A stretch of 64,000 nucleotides of DNA, from the NCBI GenBank assembly GCA_038087875.1, contig JAXLNO010000573.1, positions 124,001-188,000 of the forward strand, read 5' to 3'. Below the pieces are notes generated by a model that was not told where the DNA came from, searched no databases, and saw nothing but the letters and a program-made list of their open reading frames with translations. The DNA is from Malacoraja senta (taxonomy: Eukaryota). This document shows positions 11,631 through 23,951 of this stretch, one piece after another. Position 1 is the stretch's first letter, and each line of letters begins with the position of its first letter. A program made the translations under genes and the position numbers.

Positions 11631-12944
11631 ATTTGTTAATAATTTATTCAGTTTGTTTGAAACCCCATGAAAATATTGCACACCTATTTGCATTTTACTC
11701 TTCTATCTTTCTTTATCTCCTGCGTCTAAAACACGCAAATCCAGCATCATACAGATAAAACTTGAAGTGGCCTCTCTTGCCATTTTATGTGGTGATGAAT
11801 GAGATTCATTTACAGAGCTTCCACTCATTTTACTACAGGTTCACATTGAGACTGTTATATCTGTTTCATCCAAAACATGCATGATATTGTTCTGAAACGT
11901 TACTATCATAGCTGGTGATATAAATTTTCCAAATGGCCATTGCCTTTCAAATGGGTTCTGCTAATGCTGTGTCTCTCATTGTTAGGTATTTTCAGGATCT
12001 AGGCACCTCTTGGTGTCGATGATGCTTTTTTGATTGTGAACGTGCCAACTTCTGTGGATATCAATAATACAGCCTATCCTGCCAATAAGGACACTCACCC
12101 AGTAACATTTTAACATTGGTGAATCACCAAAATATTATCATAATAACAAAAATATATTGGCATTTATTCAAGGTTTTCTGAGGTTCAAGGTTAAACATTT
12201 CCTAAGGTCTGGGCCATTCTTTATTTTACATATCTTTATTATCTAAATATGCTTCGAATTGTATTTTTTTTTTCAAAGTTAAGATGCTGTTCCAGCGAGC
12301 AGGCAAAGGGACAAAATCTCCAGCCCTCTGGCATCTCAGCTGTGGCTAGTGAAAGTACGAAGGTCTTTGTTAAGGTCCATGCAAATTCCTCGCTTGTCTC
12401 TCTCAATAACCGTCAGGGCTTCAGGATTTATCCACCTTAATGCTCTTCAAGACCCCCAGAATCATCTCCTTCTTGATCTCAAACTGCCCTTGCATTTTAG
12501 TATTCCCATGCTGATCTCACAGTCCTCCTTGGTAAATTCAGATGCAAAGTAGTCAGTTAATACCTCACCTATATCCTCTGATTCTGAGCAAAATTCTCTC
12601 CATTATCCTTGAACAGTCCTACCATCTCCCTGAATATCATTTTGTTTTTAGTGTATATAGAATTTGTCCAATATTTTTAATCTAACTCACTCATAACATT
12701 TCATGGCCCTTTTGGCCCTTCTAATTGCCCACTTGAGTTCTTCCCTGCTTGCTTTAATATTTCTCAAAGGCCCTATCAGATTCATCTTTCTAAACCTTAC
12801 ATATGGTTTCTTTTACTTTGTGAGCAAATGTACAACCATTCTGGTCATCCAACAATCCTTACCTTGCCATCCTTATATCCTTCCTGGAACTCTGATCAGC
12901 TGCCATTTAAATGAGTCCTACATGTCATTGTAGACTTACTCAAT

Positions 12945-13057
12945 AACCAAAATGTCGCTTATTCATGTTCTCCAGAGAGGCTGCCTGACTCGCCGAGTTA
13001 CTCCTGCATTTTGTGTCTTTCCTTGGTAAACTAGCATCTGCAGTTCCTTGTTTCTAC
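12945..13057 (+). mobile_element. PLE terminal repeat fragment
   Basis: ctccagagaggctgcctgactcgccgagttactcctgcattttgtgtc...agcatctgcagttcc. Confidence 0.75.
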
Positions 13058-13071
13058 TACTTAATTAATTA

Positions 13072-13500
13072 GCTTAGATTATTGTCACGTGTACCGAGGT
13101 ACAGTGAAAAGCATTTATTGTGTGCTAACCAGTCAGTGGAAAGACAATACATGATGACAATCGAGCCATCCGCAATGTACAGACACATGGCAAAGGGAAT
13201 ATTATGAAAAACATTTAATCCAATGAGATGGATAATAGTTCAGGACTCCTCTCTAGTTGGTGGTAGGATGGTTCAGTTGCCCGATAACAGCTGGGAAGAA
13301 ACTGCTCCTGAATCGGGGGTGTGCATTTTCACACTTCTATACCTTTTGCCCCGTGGGAGAGGGGAGGAGGGAATGGCCAGGGTGTAACTCATCCTTGATT
13401 ATGCTGGTGGCCTTGTCAAGGCAGCGTGAGGTGTAAATGGAGTCAATGGTAGAGAGGTTGCTTTGTGTGATGATCTGTGCTGCATCCACAATTCTCTGCA
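13072..13500 (-). mobile_element. Rex1/Babar-like (L2-group) LINE 3' end
   Basis: Minus strand reads, across frame breaks, roughly YTSRCLDKATSIIKDELHPGHS..RYRSVKMHT..FRSSFFPAVI; similar copy at 43630-44035. Confidence 0.7.
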
Positions 13501-14282
13501 ATAAACTTAACTTAAAAATAAAATGTAAAAATCAAGGAATTGTAATCACTGTACCCAAAATGCTCTTCCACTGAAACACCAATCATCTGGCCAGACTCAT
13601 TTCCCAACACAAAGTCTACGATGGTCCCTCCTTGAGTTGGACTATTGACATATCGTTTCACAAAATCTTCTTGGATACAACCAACAAATTCTGCCCCATC
13701 TAAACCTTTTGCACTGCATGAGTCTCAGTCAATATTGGAGATAATAATCGGAATAAAGTATCTACTCCACCACTTTTACCTCCCTCTCTATTACATCTGA
13801 AACATCAAAACCCTCAAACGTTGAGCTGTCAGTCCAGTACATCTTACAACCAAATCCGTTTAATGGCCCTTGTAATGTAAAGATAAGTGTGCAGTTAGTG
13901 GCAGCAGGACCGGATTTACATATAAGCAAGTCAAGCTTAAGCTTAGGGCCTAGAGATCTAGGGGGGCCTCGGCTCGCTCCACCAAGGTGTATAAAACTTT
14001 TGACATAGTGGCATTACAAAACCTACCATCAGTGGCGCTGTGCGATAGTGGCGTTGTTACAAAACCTACCATCGGTGGCGCTGTGCTTGCGATTCCAGAG
14101 GCTTTGGTGGTGTGGTGGGGGGGTGGGGGGTGGGTAGCAGGGGGGGGTGGGTGGGAGGGGGGGGGAGATTAAAATGCAGGTGAGGTATATATTCGTTGTG
14201 GATAGCAATTTGCTCCAAAGATCCTTGGAAGTGCAGGACAAAGCAAAAGGTATGTAGTTTATTTAACCCTTTTCCCCCGCCA

Positions 14283-14492
14283 AACCTCGCCGCCACACTG
14301 GGGTCTACCCACCTCGCCGCCGCAGCAGGCTTACCCACCTCGCCGCCGCACCGGGCCTACCCACCTCGCCACCGCACCGGGCCTACCTACCTCGCCACTG
14401 TACCGGAGGCCTACCCACCTCGCCGCCATACCGGGGGCCTACCCACCTCGCCACCGCACCGGACCGACCCACCTCCGTGCCGCACCGGACCT
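14283..14492. repeat. GC-rich minisatellite, ~26-28 bp unit, about 8 copies
   Basis: Unit approximately CCTACCCACCTCGCCGCCGCACCGGG. Confidence 0.85.
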
Positions 14493-14839
14493 GTCGAAAC
14501 TCGCCGTCCCACTGACCATCCGCCCACCGGGACCTCCACGCTTTGCCCACCGACCCTCGCCACTCCACCGCCCTCTAGCATCCCGCAGCCATCGCCTTAC
14601 CTGCAGCATGGACTCAGCACCGGGCCTGAAGTTTCCACGCTGCAGATTCCCACTCCCCTGGGTTTGACTGCGCTGGGTCCTAGTGCTAGCCCCCCAACCC
14701 TGGTAACCTCAGTGGCTGTTCCACTGGGTCTTCCTCATTCCCCTCAAACCATGTGACCCCAGCTCTTCCCCACACACACTACATTCCTCATACCCCCTAC
14801 CCCCTGACCACCCACCACCCCCCCACCAGACATCACCTC

Positions 14840-15066
14840 GGCCTCAGTACCCACCTCAATGAGTTCCGCTCCCACCGCAATTTGGAGCTCTTCTTCCGTC
14901 ACCTCTGCCTCACACCATTCTTCCATGGGAAGGAGTCCTCGCCCCCATTGATGTTCCCTTTTCCCATCTCCAACAGACCCCCTCCTCTTGGATCCCCCCT
15001 CATGGCCATCTTCCGGCCTTAGACCCTTTTATTTTAAATTGCCGGCGGGACATCAACCGCCTCAAC
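14840..15066 (+). pseudogene. Penelope-like ORF N-terminal fragment inside the hAT element
   Basis: Reads HLNEFRSHRNLELFFRHLCLTPFFHGKESSPP, then after frame breaks HLPALD..FILNCRRDINRLN; resembles vertebrate PLE ORF N-termini (recognised from memory). Confidence 0.6.
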
Positions 15067-15387
15067 AGTATATAATACCATGTAATTCTGTTTTCAGGGA
15101 AGTGGAGAGAGAACAGCCACGTGTCTGTGTTGCTCACTTGGCTGGGGTTTGTTTTCCTTGCCACTTCCATCGTCCGATAATTAGTAACGTTTTGAATTGG
15201 TCTACCAACTGCTTTGTGAGTTGTCTGTTTATTAAGAAGTGAACCTGTTTGTTTAGTTATAAGTTAGCCTTTTTCAAGCAGATTTGATTCAGATTTGAAT
15301 CAGGTTTTGCAATATAATTGTCAATAAGGAACAATTCTTTAAGAAATATTTCCCAACTATTATAGAGATCAACAAGCAAAGGCCACC

Positions 15388-16053
15388 TTGCCAGATGTTA
15401 ACTACAGAACTGTCTCAGGTAGACAACGAGTAAGGAAATGGCAAGGAAATCATGGAGGTGCACCTGGTCCTGATGCTTTAGATAAACTCTCTTCAAGAAA
15501 TAAGTTTAAGGTAAAATCCTTTATTCCTATACTAGATGCACTTGAAACCAATTTCAAAAGAAGAGATACTGTGTACAGTGAAGTTGCACAACAGTTTTCC
15601 TTTCTTGCTAATCTGACCGCATCTAAGCAAGAAATTCAGCAAGGTGTTGAACCGTTGATGGAAGCATACCCAGAAGATGTTGACCTGAAACTTACTGAAG
15701 AACTTTTGCACTTTCACTCGTACGTGAGACAAAGCCATAGGCCTACAGAAGAGCACTCTCTGTCTCATACAGACCTTTATCAAATAATAGACAAGGAAAC
15801 AATTCAGATGGCCTTCCCTAATGTGGAAGCAATCTTACGGCTGTTTCTTAGCTTAATGGTCACCAACTGCTCGGGAGAGAGGTCTTTTTCAAGACTCAAA
15901 AGAATTTAAAATGATTTAAAGTCCACAATGTCTCAAGGGAGGTTGTCTGTACTGAGCATTCTGTGCATTGAGAGTGACTAACTTAGACAAACACATCTTG
16001 GTCAACTTCTGGATGATTTTGCTATGAAGAAGGCGAGAAAAAAACATTTTTGC
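15388..16053 (+). pseudogene. hAT transposase C-terminal (dimerization domain) remnant
   Basis: FPNVEAILRLFLSLMVTNCSGERSFSRLKRI*NDLKSTMSQGRLSVLSIL; in-frame stop at 15907-15909. Confidence 0.85.
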
Positions 16054-16592
16054 TCTTAGTGTATTTGTAGTTTATTTCTTTCTTAATATTCCACATTCAA
16101 TTCAATAGACACTTATTGTCACATGCACCAATTGGCACAATGAAATTTGGAGGTCACCATCCGACGTCGGAACGGGAGAACATTCTCAGCGGCTTGGACT
16201 TCCGAATCGGCCACTTCCTGGCCCGAAGTTCACAGGCTGAGCTGGGTGGAGATTCACGCTGGCGGCCCTTGGCAAAGGGATCCCAGGGCTCCATGATGTT
16301 GAAATCAGCGCGGCCCGTGGCTGGGAGCTCCGCAAACCACAGCTCCATGATGTTGAAGCAGCAGGCCCAACACTCCAGAGCTTCAAACGGCGATCCAGAT
16401 AAGGCATCGCCCGCTCCGCGGTGGATCCAATATGTATTTTATAACCAACTGTTTAATGACAACATACAGTAGGATCTAAAAGTGTCACACTGTCACTGTC
16501 GGGTAGTCATGGTCCTCTAGTCGTGGGGGGGGGGGCTCACAAGTGAAATAGCTTAGGGCCTCTCTTCATCTAAATCCGGCCCTGAGTGGCAG

Positions 16593-17247
16593 AACCCTGA
16601 ACAGCATTGATGATAGTAGCATCACAATTAGATAGAGTGTTAGTAAAGTAGGCGTTTGGTATGTTTGCCTTCTTTGGTTGGATCCATGAGTATAAGAGTC
16701 AAGAAATCTTGTTGCAGCTGGATAAAACTTTGGTTAGGCTATATTTGGAGTATTGTGTGCAGTTCTGGTCACTCTAATACAGGAAGGATTGGGAGGCTTT
16801 GTGGAGGGTGCAGAAGCGGTTTACTATGATTTACTTGGATTAGAGGGTACGAGCTTGGAGTGCAGAAGAATGAGAAGTGATCTGATAGAGCTTTATAAGG
16901 TCATGGGGGGAATAGATTGGGTGAATGCACAGAGTCCTTAACCCAGGCTAGGAGAATACAAAAGGAGAGGACATAGGTTTCAGGCGAGAGGGGAAAGATT
17001 TAGTAGGAACCCAAGGGACAACTTTGTCACCCGGTGGGTGATGGGTATTTGGAAAGAGCTGCCAGATGAGGGAGTTTAGGCAGGTACTATCACAACATTC
17101 AAAGACATTTGGGCAGATACACGATAGGAAAGGTTTAGAGGGATATGGGCCAAACACAGGGAGGTGGAACTAGTGAAGATGGTCAGCATGGGCAAGTTGG
17201 GCTGAGGGCCTGTTTCTGTGCTGTATGACACTATGATTCTATGACTC
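16593..17247 (+). mobile_element. Decayed CR1 3' part(s)
   Basis: ttggagtattgtgtgcagttctggtc (LEYCVQFWS); tail gggcctgtttctgtgctgtatgacactatgattctatg. Confidence 0.8.
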
Positions 17248-17491
17248 AATAACTATAGCCATAATGAGAGGTTGGACAAACTTACAAGTGCTGTTCCTGT
17301 GACATACAGTTCATGTTCCATGTTCTACATTCTACAATATAATCTTATTGAATGATAGAGCTGGGATGAGGAGCTAAATCCCAATCCTGTAACCTCAAAT
17401 ACCAATAGGTTAAAAGCAGTTGTTGGAGACATAAGGATTTACAAATGCTGGAATCTTGAGCAGAACAAGTAGTGCATATGAACTCATCTGG

Positions 17492-17856
17492 TCATAGAGT
17501 CATAGCATCATAGAGTCATACAGCATGGAAACAAGTCCTTTGACCCAACTTGCACACACTGGCTAGCATATCCCATCTACACTAATCCCATCTGCATGCC
17601 ATATCCCTCCAAACATATCCTATCCAGGTACCTGTCTAAATGTTTCTTAAACGTTGCAATAGTACCTGCCTCAACTACCTTCTCCGGCAGCCCGTTCCAT
17701 ACACCCAACCACCCTTTGTGTAAAAAGGACACCCTTCAGGTACCTATTAAATCTTTTCCCCCCTCACCTTAAACCAATGTCCTCTGATTCTCGATTCCCC
17801 TATTCTGGGCAAGAGACTGTGCGTTTACCCGATCTATTCCTCTCATGATTTTGTAC
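17492..17856 (-). mobile_element. CR1 3' fragment
   Basis: catagagtcatacagcatggaaaca tail; YKIMRGIDRVNAQSL in ORF 17769..18068. Confidence 0.85.
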
Positions 17857-18030
17857 ACAAAATCTGTGGAGGGAATGGATAGACAATGTTTTGGGTCGGG
17901 ACCCTTCTTCAGACTGGGTTCTGAAATCAAGCGGGAATCAGAAACCCAAAATGTCATCTGTCCATTCCCTCCACAGATGCTGCCTAACCTGCTGAGTTCC
18001 TCCAACACATTGTTTTGCTGAAAGCATCTG
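17857..18030. mobile_element. PLE inverted terminal-repeat pair
   Basis: atctgtggagggaatgga and its reverse complement tccattccctccacagat; gggtcgggacccttcttcag core. Confidence 0.7.
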
Positions 18031-18739
18031 TTGCATGGAAAGTCTTCCAGTTCCCCTCTAAATAGCACTCAGCCCTTGCTCATCAATGGTTTCAATTCAT
18101 GGAATTATTTGCCTACAGCACGATGTGAGTATTTTTATTACATGAATGCAGAGTTTCAAGTTCACTGCTAAATCCCATCAGGTGGATAATAAATGTTGGC
18201 CTTGCTCCCAACATCTTAATGGTGGGTATAAAAAAAAGTAATTGTCTGATAACAGCTATTTCTCTGCGAGTAAGCAAAGGAGAATTGAACTAAATATAAA
18301 TGTTGAAGAAAATGTGATTCTTACCATCAAAAAAAGGAACAGATGTAATCTGGAGATTAATAGAACAGTCAACACCATCAATACACAGAACGTTGATTGA
18401 ATAAACAGATAGTGAATTGGGGAGAATATAGTTTAAATGGATTTTTTAGAGTTATGGCAAGTTTACCCAATCGTATTTATTTTGTGTTAAAATAATGGAA
18501 ACGGTGAAGAAAATTGCGACACTCGCTGACTTTCAGAAGGATCTCATCAGCTGCCCCAAAACAATTTTATGACAAGGATTGGGTTTGTTGATTCGGTGGT
18601 CCAAATAGCTGATGCATTGTAATATGGCCACAATCCTGAAATCACTGAATCATTAAGCAAAGTTGTTGCATAGCCAGAAAGAAATGCTCCACATAAACTA
18701 TTTGCCATGTGCATGAACAATTTGGAAAATGTTACATTA

Positions 18740-18930
18740 ATACCAAACCAATTAAACTACAAACCTGTATGTCTTTGGAGTGTGTGAGGAAACCGGAGAT
18801 TCCGGAGAAAACCCACGCGGTCACGGAGAGAATGTACAAACTCCATACAGATAGACAGCACCCTTAGTCAGGATCAAACCCGGGAAACTGGCACTGTAAG
18901 GTAGTAGCTCAACCCCTGTGTCATCGTGCC
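18740..18930 (-). mobile_element. tRNA-derived V-SINE (HE1-type), partial
   Basis: Reverse complement of the V-domain gcgtgggttttctccgg...tttcctcacacactccaaagac; similar to 25932-26237. Confidence 0.8.
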
Positions 18931-19539
18931 AAGTGCTTATGATGCAAGGAATCTTCTTCTTGGACACTCTCTCCAGATCCACTTCTCATTTTTTCTTCCA
19001 CATAGACAGAGGCATCAAGTCGATAGTATGTTGGCATTTCAAGCATTCCTATCAATCTCATTTCCCTTTTAATTTCCCTGTAACCAGTGCACTCTCATAA
19101 ACACATCACCTTCCACCCCCAAATCGCCTATCACCCATGTACACTGAGGTAATTTGGCCTATTAAACTACTAGCGTGTCTTTAGAATATGGGATACAGAA
19201 CAAAACCAGAATACCCTGGTGATAAAACCAGGCAGAAGGTACAACCTCCACATCTGAGGTCAGGATCGAACCCAGATTGCTGGTGCCAAGTGTCAGATGC
19301 ATTGCCTGCAGCACCAGCGTCCACCCAGTTTTGTCTGTTTAATCCACTATTGGTTCTGCCGGTTCTGAAGTCCATCGTGGGAAAGGCAGATTGCTCCACA
19401 GATGGGGTAGAGTGCGGTTGATCGTGTGGGCAAGTTGTTTGCGAGGTGTAGTAGTCTTTCTGCTGCTTGCACAGGTCACCTGGGAGGTCTCGGCAGCAGA
19501 TAAAACTTGATAAAAAGGAAATTCAGTCAGAAATCCAGT

Positions 19540-19690
19540 CAGAGATTCACAATCTCACTTCTCAGGTCTAGTAAGAGGAGCACATGTCAGTGGAGTTGCT
19601 GTAACTGTGACCATATTTAAGAAGGAAGACAAACCCAACTGTGGGAACTACATGGAGTCTCCTGGCTGTCCTGCTGCAGGAGAAGGCAGG
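19540..19690 (+). mobile_element. Possible RTE-clade LINE RT fragment
   Basis: Reads VTVTIFKKEDKPNCGNY, similar to the RTE motif KKGDKxxCGNYRGISL. Confidence 0.45.
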
Positions 19691-22154
19691 GTCTTCCCTT
19701 GGCACAGTTCCGTTCAACTAATGCAAGTTAATCCAAATAAGGCAATTTGAGACAGCTAACAGATGCAACTGATTTGGAGATACCCTCTCTATATTGATAT
19801 CTGACTACCTATGCAAATGAAAGGGGTTTTACTTTGCAACAAAAAAGGTGTCCACTTTTAATTAAAAAAATAAATCCCAAGAAGTTAATTTAAAAATGCA
19901 TGTTTTTTTCCTGTACAAAATTCCATTCTGTATCTAAAAGAAAAATTATAATATATTAATCCTGAGCTATCATGGATCTACTTTTGTTCAGAGAGAAATT
20001 ACATTAAAAGTCTGCTTTGATTTTTTTTGATGAAGTTCCCAAGAAGAATTTTTCTGACATTGAGATATGAATATGAGAAAATATGCTGCAGTAGGTTAGG
20101 TGTCTCTGGGAAGCAACTGGAGAATAAGAAAAGGTTGCTTTGTTCTACAGCAGCTTGGTTGGGTTTGTTCTGGATATGCCTGATTGTTCCAAGTGAAATG
20201 CACCATCAAATGCAGCTGCTGCTTTTTGGAAGCAAGTCTCTTGGGGAAATGATTTCCTTCCTTTGGTATGCAGAACAAAGTTGCAAAACCCCTTCACTTT
20301 GTTACTGAGGAAATCCCCCTCCGTTGCTTCCAAGCTGTTAACTCATCTATGTTGCAACATTTAGACTCCAGACACCATCAACACTTTTACAGCCTTCCTC
20401 CCATTGCAACTTGAGAAAGGTTTGATCAGATTCACTCGCATCATAAAACTTGTAATAGGAATGGTGGGATTTACCGAAATTGCCATAGTCTCAGATGCAA
20501 AATTTATCAAACTGCAAATGAGAACACAATATTCCTTTATCTTCCATTAATGCCCCTAGAAGATAAACGAGGACAAATGTATGTGCATCAATCCTAATTA
20601 AGTCAAAACGCTGTACTTTTATGTGTACGGTCCCATCAACTGGGGTATTCTTGTGTTTGCACATGTGAATACAGCAACGCTGCCTACATCTTCCCAGTCT
20701 TTTTCTGATGCTACCCCAAATTTAAACTGAGGATATAAACCTAGGGAGTTTTTCCACCAGCTACACTGGGTAATCCACCTGAGAAAACAGAGCCGGGTTG
20801 AATAGTAAGAACACTCTGCTCAGAGACAGGAGCAAGGAACCAAGGTTGAATCAGTATTAACTGGAACTCATCACTTATAAGGGTGGAAGAAACAGAATCA
20901 ATTGGAAGGTAGACACAAAATGCTGGAGTAACTCAGCGGGACAGGCAGCATCTCTGGAGAGAATGGGCAACGTTTCGGGTCGAGACCCTTCTACAGACTG
21001 ATGTCAGGGGAGTGGGCGGGACAAAAAAAGAATGCAGTCGGAGACAGTATGACTGGTGCGAGAACTGGGAAGGGGAGAGGATAGAGAGGGAAAGCAAGGG
21101 CCTATTTGAAGTTAGAGCAGTCAATGTTCATACCGCTGGGGTGTAAACTACCCAAGCGAAAAATGAGGTGCTGTTCCTCCAATTTGCGCTGGGCCTCACT
21201 CTGGCAATGGAGGAGGCCCAGGACAGAAAGGTCAGGTTGGGAATGGGAGGGGGAGTTGAAGTGTTGAGCAACCAGGAGATCAGTAAGTTAAGATGGATTG
21301 AGCAGAGGTGTTCAGCGAAACGATCGCTGAGTCTGTGCTTGGGATCGGCGATGTGGAGAAGTTGACACCTGGAACAGCGGATACAGTAGATGAGGGTGGA
21401 GGATGTGCAAGTGAACCTCTGCCTCACATGGAAAGACTGTTTGGGTCCTTGGATGGAGTCGAGGTGTGAGATAAAGGGACAGGTGTTGCATCTCCTGCGG
21501 TTGCAGGGGAAAGTACCTGGGGAGAGGGTGATTTGGGTGGGAAGGGACTAGTTGACCAGGGAGTTTCAGAGGGAACGGTCTCTGCGTAAAGTTGAAAGGG
21601 GTGGAGATAGGAAGATGTGGGGAGATGGGAAGATGTGGCCAATAGTGGGATCACGTTGGAGGTGGCGAAAATGTTGGAGGATTATATTCTGTATGTGACG
21701 GCTGATGGGGTGGAATGTGAGGACATAGGGACTCTAGTGAGACCCTAGTGAAAGTCTCATCTATAATGGAAGAGGGGAACCCCCATTTCCTAGAGAATGA
21801 GGACATCTCCGATGCCCTGGTATGGAAAACCTCATCCTGGGCGCAGATGCGGCGTAGACAGAGGAATTGGGAGTAGGGGATAGTGCAGGGGTTCTTAACC
21901 TTTTTAGCCCCACGACCCCATCAGACATTCTTGGTCAGTACCGTGACCCCCAAAACAAAAATTGAAAAAAAAACAGCCCAATTTATTAAACATGTCTGCC
22001 AATACTCAATCAATGGGATGGCTGAAATTGCTTTGCAGCCATCAGGTGATCAAAACCAGGACGAATGCTCGACAGGCAGCACCTCGTGTCAGCGTCGATC
22101 ACAAGCCTATTGCATGCCTTCATTTTCAGAGTTACCATGGTTGAGAATCCAGCC

Positions 22155-23951
22155 TCACAGCGACTGGGCCAATAGGGTCAGGATCCTCTTCGAAAGAACA
22201 GGACAGTCCTTCACTTTCAGCCAAAACGTGGTGAGCTCTGGTTCCTTGAAGTCACTCTTGAGCTGCGCATCTTCACGAATTCGGTAAAATTCAACCTTTG
22301 CAGCCACGTCAGTATTGTTGATAGCACCATCTTCAACGGAGAAGGGTTGGACGATCCACTCATCATGAGAGCGGTCGTCCAGCCCGGGGCAGTAACGTTC
22401 GATGGCTTCACTAATTGCCAGATCTCCTCGTGGAAGTGGCATTCAGCCTCTGGCGTAGCATCCAGGAGAGTCATCATCTCAGGGAAGATTGTCGTGTCAC
22501 CGTCCTTGTCTCTTCTCTGGGAACGGTGAATCTTCCTCCTGAATGCTGCCACTTTGTCATGAACCGAGTGTAGCATTGGGAGGTTTCCTTGAAGTGACAG
22601 GTTCAAGGAATTCACCTCGGCGAAGAAGTCAGCCAAGTTAGCAACCTTCATCACAAACAGTTCATCCTGCATCTTTTCATGAAGCTGAATCTCCTTCTCA
22701 GTACGCCATCTCTCCAAGAACAGCGCTATTATCTCTCGAAGTTGAATCACACGATTAAGAACTTTACCACACGAAAGCCAGCGCACCTCTGTATGGAATA
22801 TCGGCGCGCATTTCTTCACACATCGCTTTGAAATTCTTGAGTTTGTTGCGCTCCCTCGGATGTGGTTCACAATCTTCACCACGTCTGAAAGCACTTCTCG
22901 AAGACCAGGAGGGAGAGTCTTCATCGATAAATCATGCAGTGGGTGAAGGAGACATGGGGAGCGACATCTTTCACGAAGGCTTTGAAGCCGGATCTGCACC
23001 TGACCATGGAAGGTGCCCCAGCTGTACACACTCTGACAAGTTGTTTCCAGCTGTAGATTGGTTACTTTACTTACTAACCAATGTAGTACTTTATTATTAC
23101 AAGCTCCGCCTACTACCACACCATTCATATTATCACAACCCGACATGTGCTGCCAGTCACTACTGCTGCACGGTAGGAGTAACATGCTGTAGTGTGTTGT
23201 ATATGTTACTCAATAAATATTGTTATACCGGATCTGTGAGTATGTGTTACTCAACACCAGCCAAGCTCATGTTTGATAAGGATGGCTTCCAGCATTCTGA
23301 ACACATCTTCTCCCCGAGTGGGAGTGGCCAATGGCTACGAGAACAGGTCCTCCTCCTTCATGGCTTCTCCGTCAAGGTAACAAATGTAGACTAGCAGTTG
23401 GGAACACGAGGCAACATCTGTTGATGTCCAGTTGCAGTGAATACACTGGACTGCTCTTCACAGCGCTCACTACTTGCAGCAGAATATCATTACTAATATC
23501 CGAGATTTGACTTTTGACTGTCATTCGAAAGGGAAATCTGCCTGAACTTGTTTGATTGCTGTACCCCCAGCACCAACTTTGCTTCTTCGAGCAGGCATGG
23601 CTTGATAAGCTCTTGACCGATAGTGTCAGGTTTCATAGTCTGTGCGATTCGATAAGCAATCCGGTATGAAGCTTCCAGCGCTGCTTCATTTTGACGAGCG
23701 CAGTGACCCGTCGAATCGATGCGGGAACCCTTGAGTGTGGCTTCTTTTCGTTTGAAATAGTCCATGCCCTTCCCCGCCAGGTCCCTGTGACAAGACTCCA
23801 AATGGATCTTCAGTTTGCTGGACTTCATGCTCTCGTGGCTCAAAACCTTGGCACAGACAACACATTGCGGCTTGACCACGAATTTGTGAACAATGCTTGT
23901 GAAGCCGAAATTGAGAAATGCTTCACAATATGTGCACTTATTGGCAGACAT
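22155..23951 (-). pseudogene. Buster-type hAT transposase, disrupted
   Basis: BED finger PQCVVC..MKSSKLKIHLESCH; CTAGAPSM (CTDGA motif with D changed to A); HTEVRWLSCGKVL; frameshifts and an LTR insertion. Confidence 0.88.
23052..23256 (+). mobile_element. Solo LTR (205 bp)
   Basis: TGTAG...CAACA termini, AATAAA at 23212-23217, 5-bp TSD CCAGC at 23047-23051 and 23257-23261; removing it restores the transposase reading KHELGWKQLVRVC. Confidence 0.85.

Larger units (their letters stand above)
13905..16584 (+). mobile_element. Non-autonomous hAT DNA transposon (Tip100/ZMYM1-like), composite
   Basis: TIRs CAGGACCGGATTTA and TAAATCCGGCCCTG; perfect 8-bp TSD AGTGGCAG at 13897-13904 and 16585-16592; transposase C-terminal remnant; inserted in an old CR1 copy. 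Confidence 0.9.

Noticed and set aside
14283..14492. CRISPR-like repeat array
   Set aside because: Units are head-to-tail with no unique spacers, there are no cas genes and the context is eukaryotic; it is a minisatellite
23052..23256. Solo LTR being the same family as the 54751-56207 LTRs
   Set aside because: They share a TGTAGATTG start and similar length, but I see no internal alignment
22828..23394. 188-aa plus-strand ORF
   Set aside because: Antisense of the hAT transposase read through the solo LTR; no domain signal
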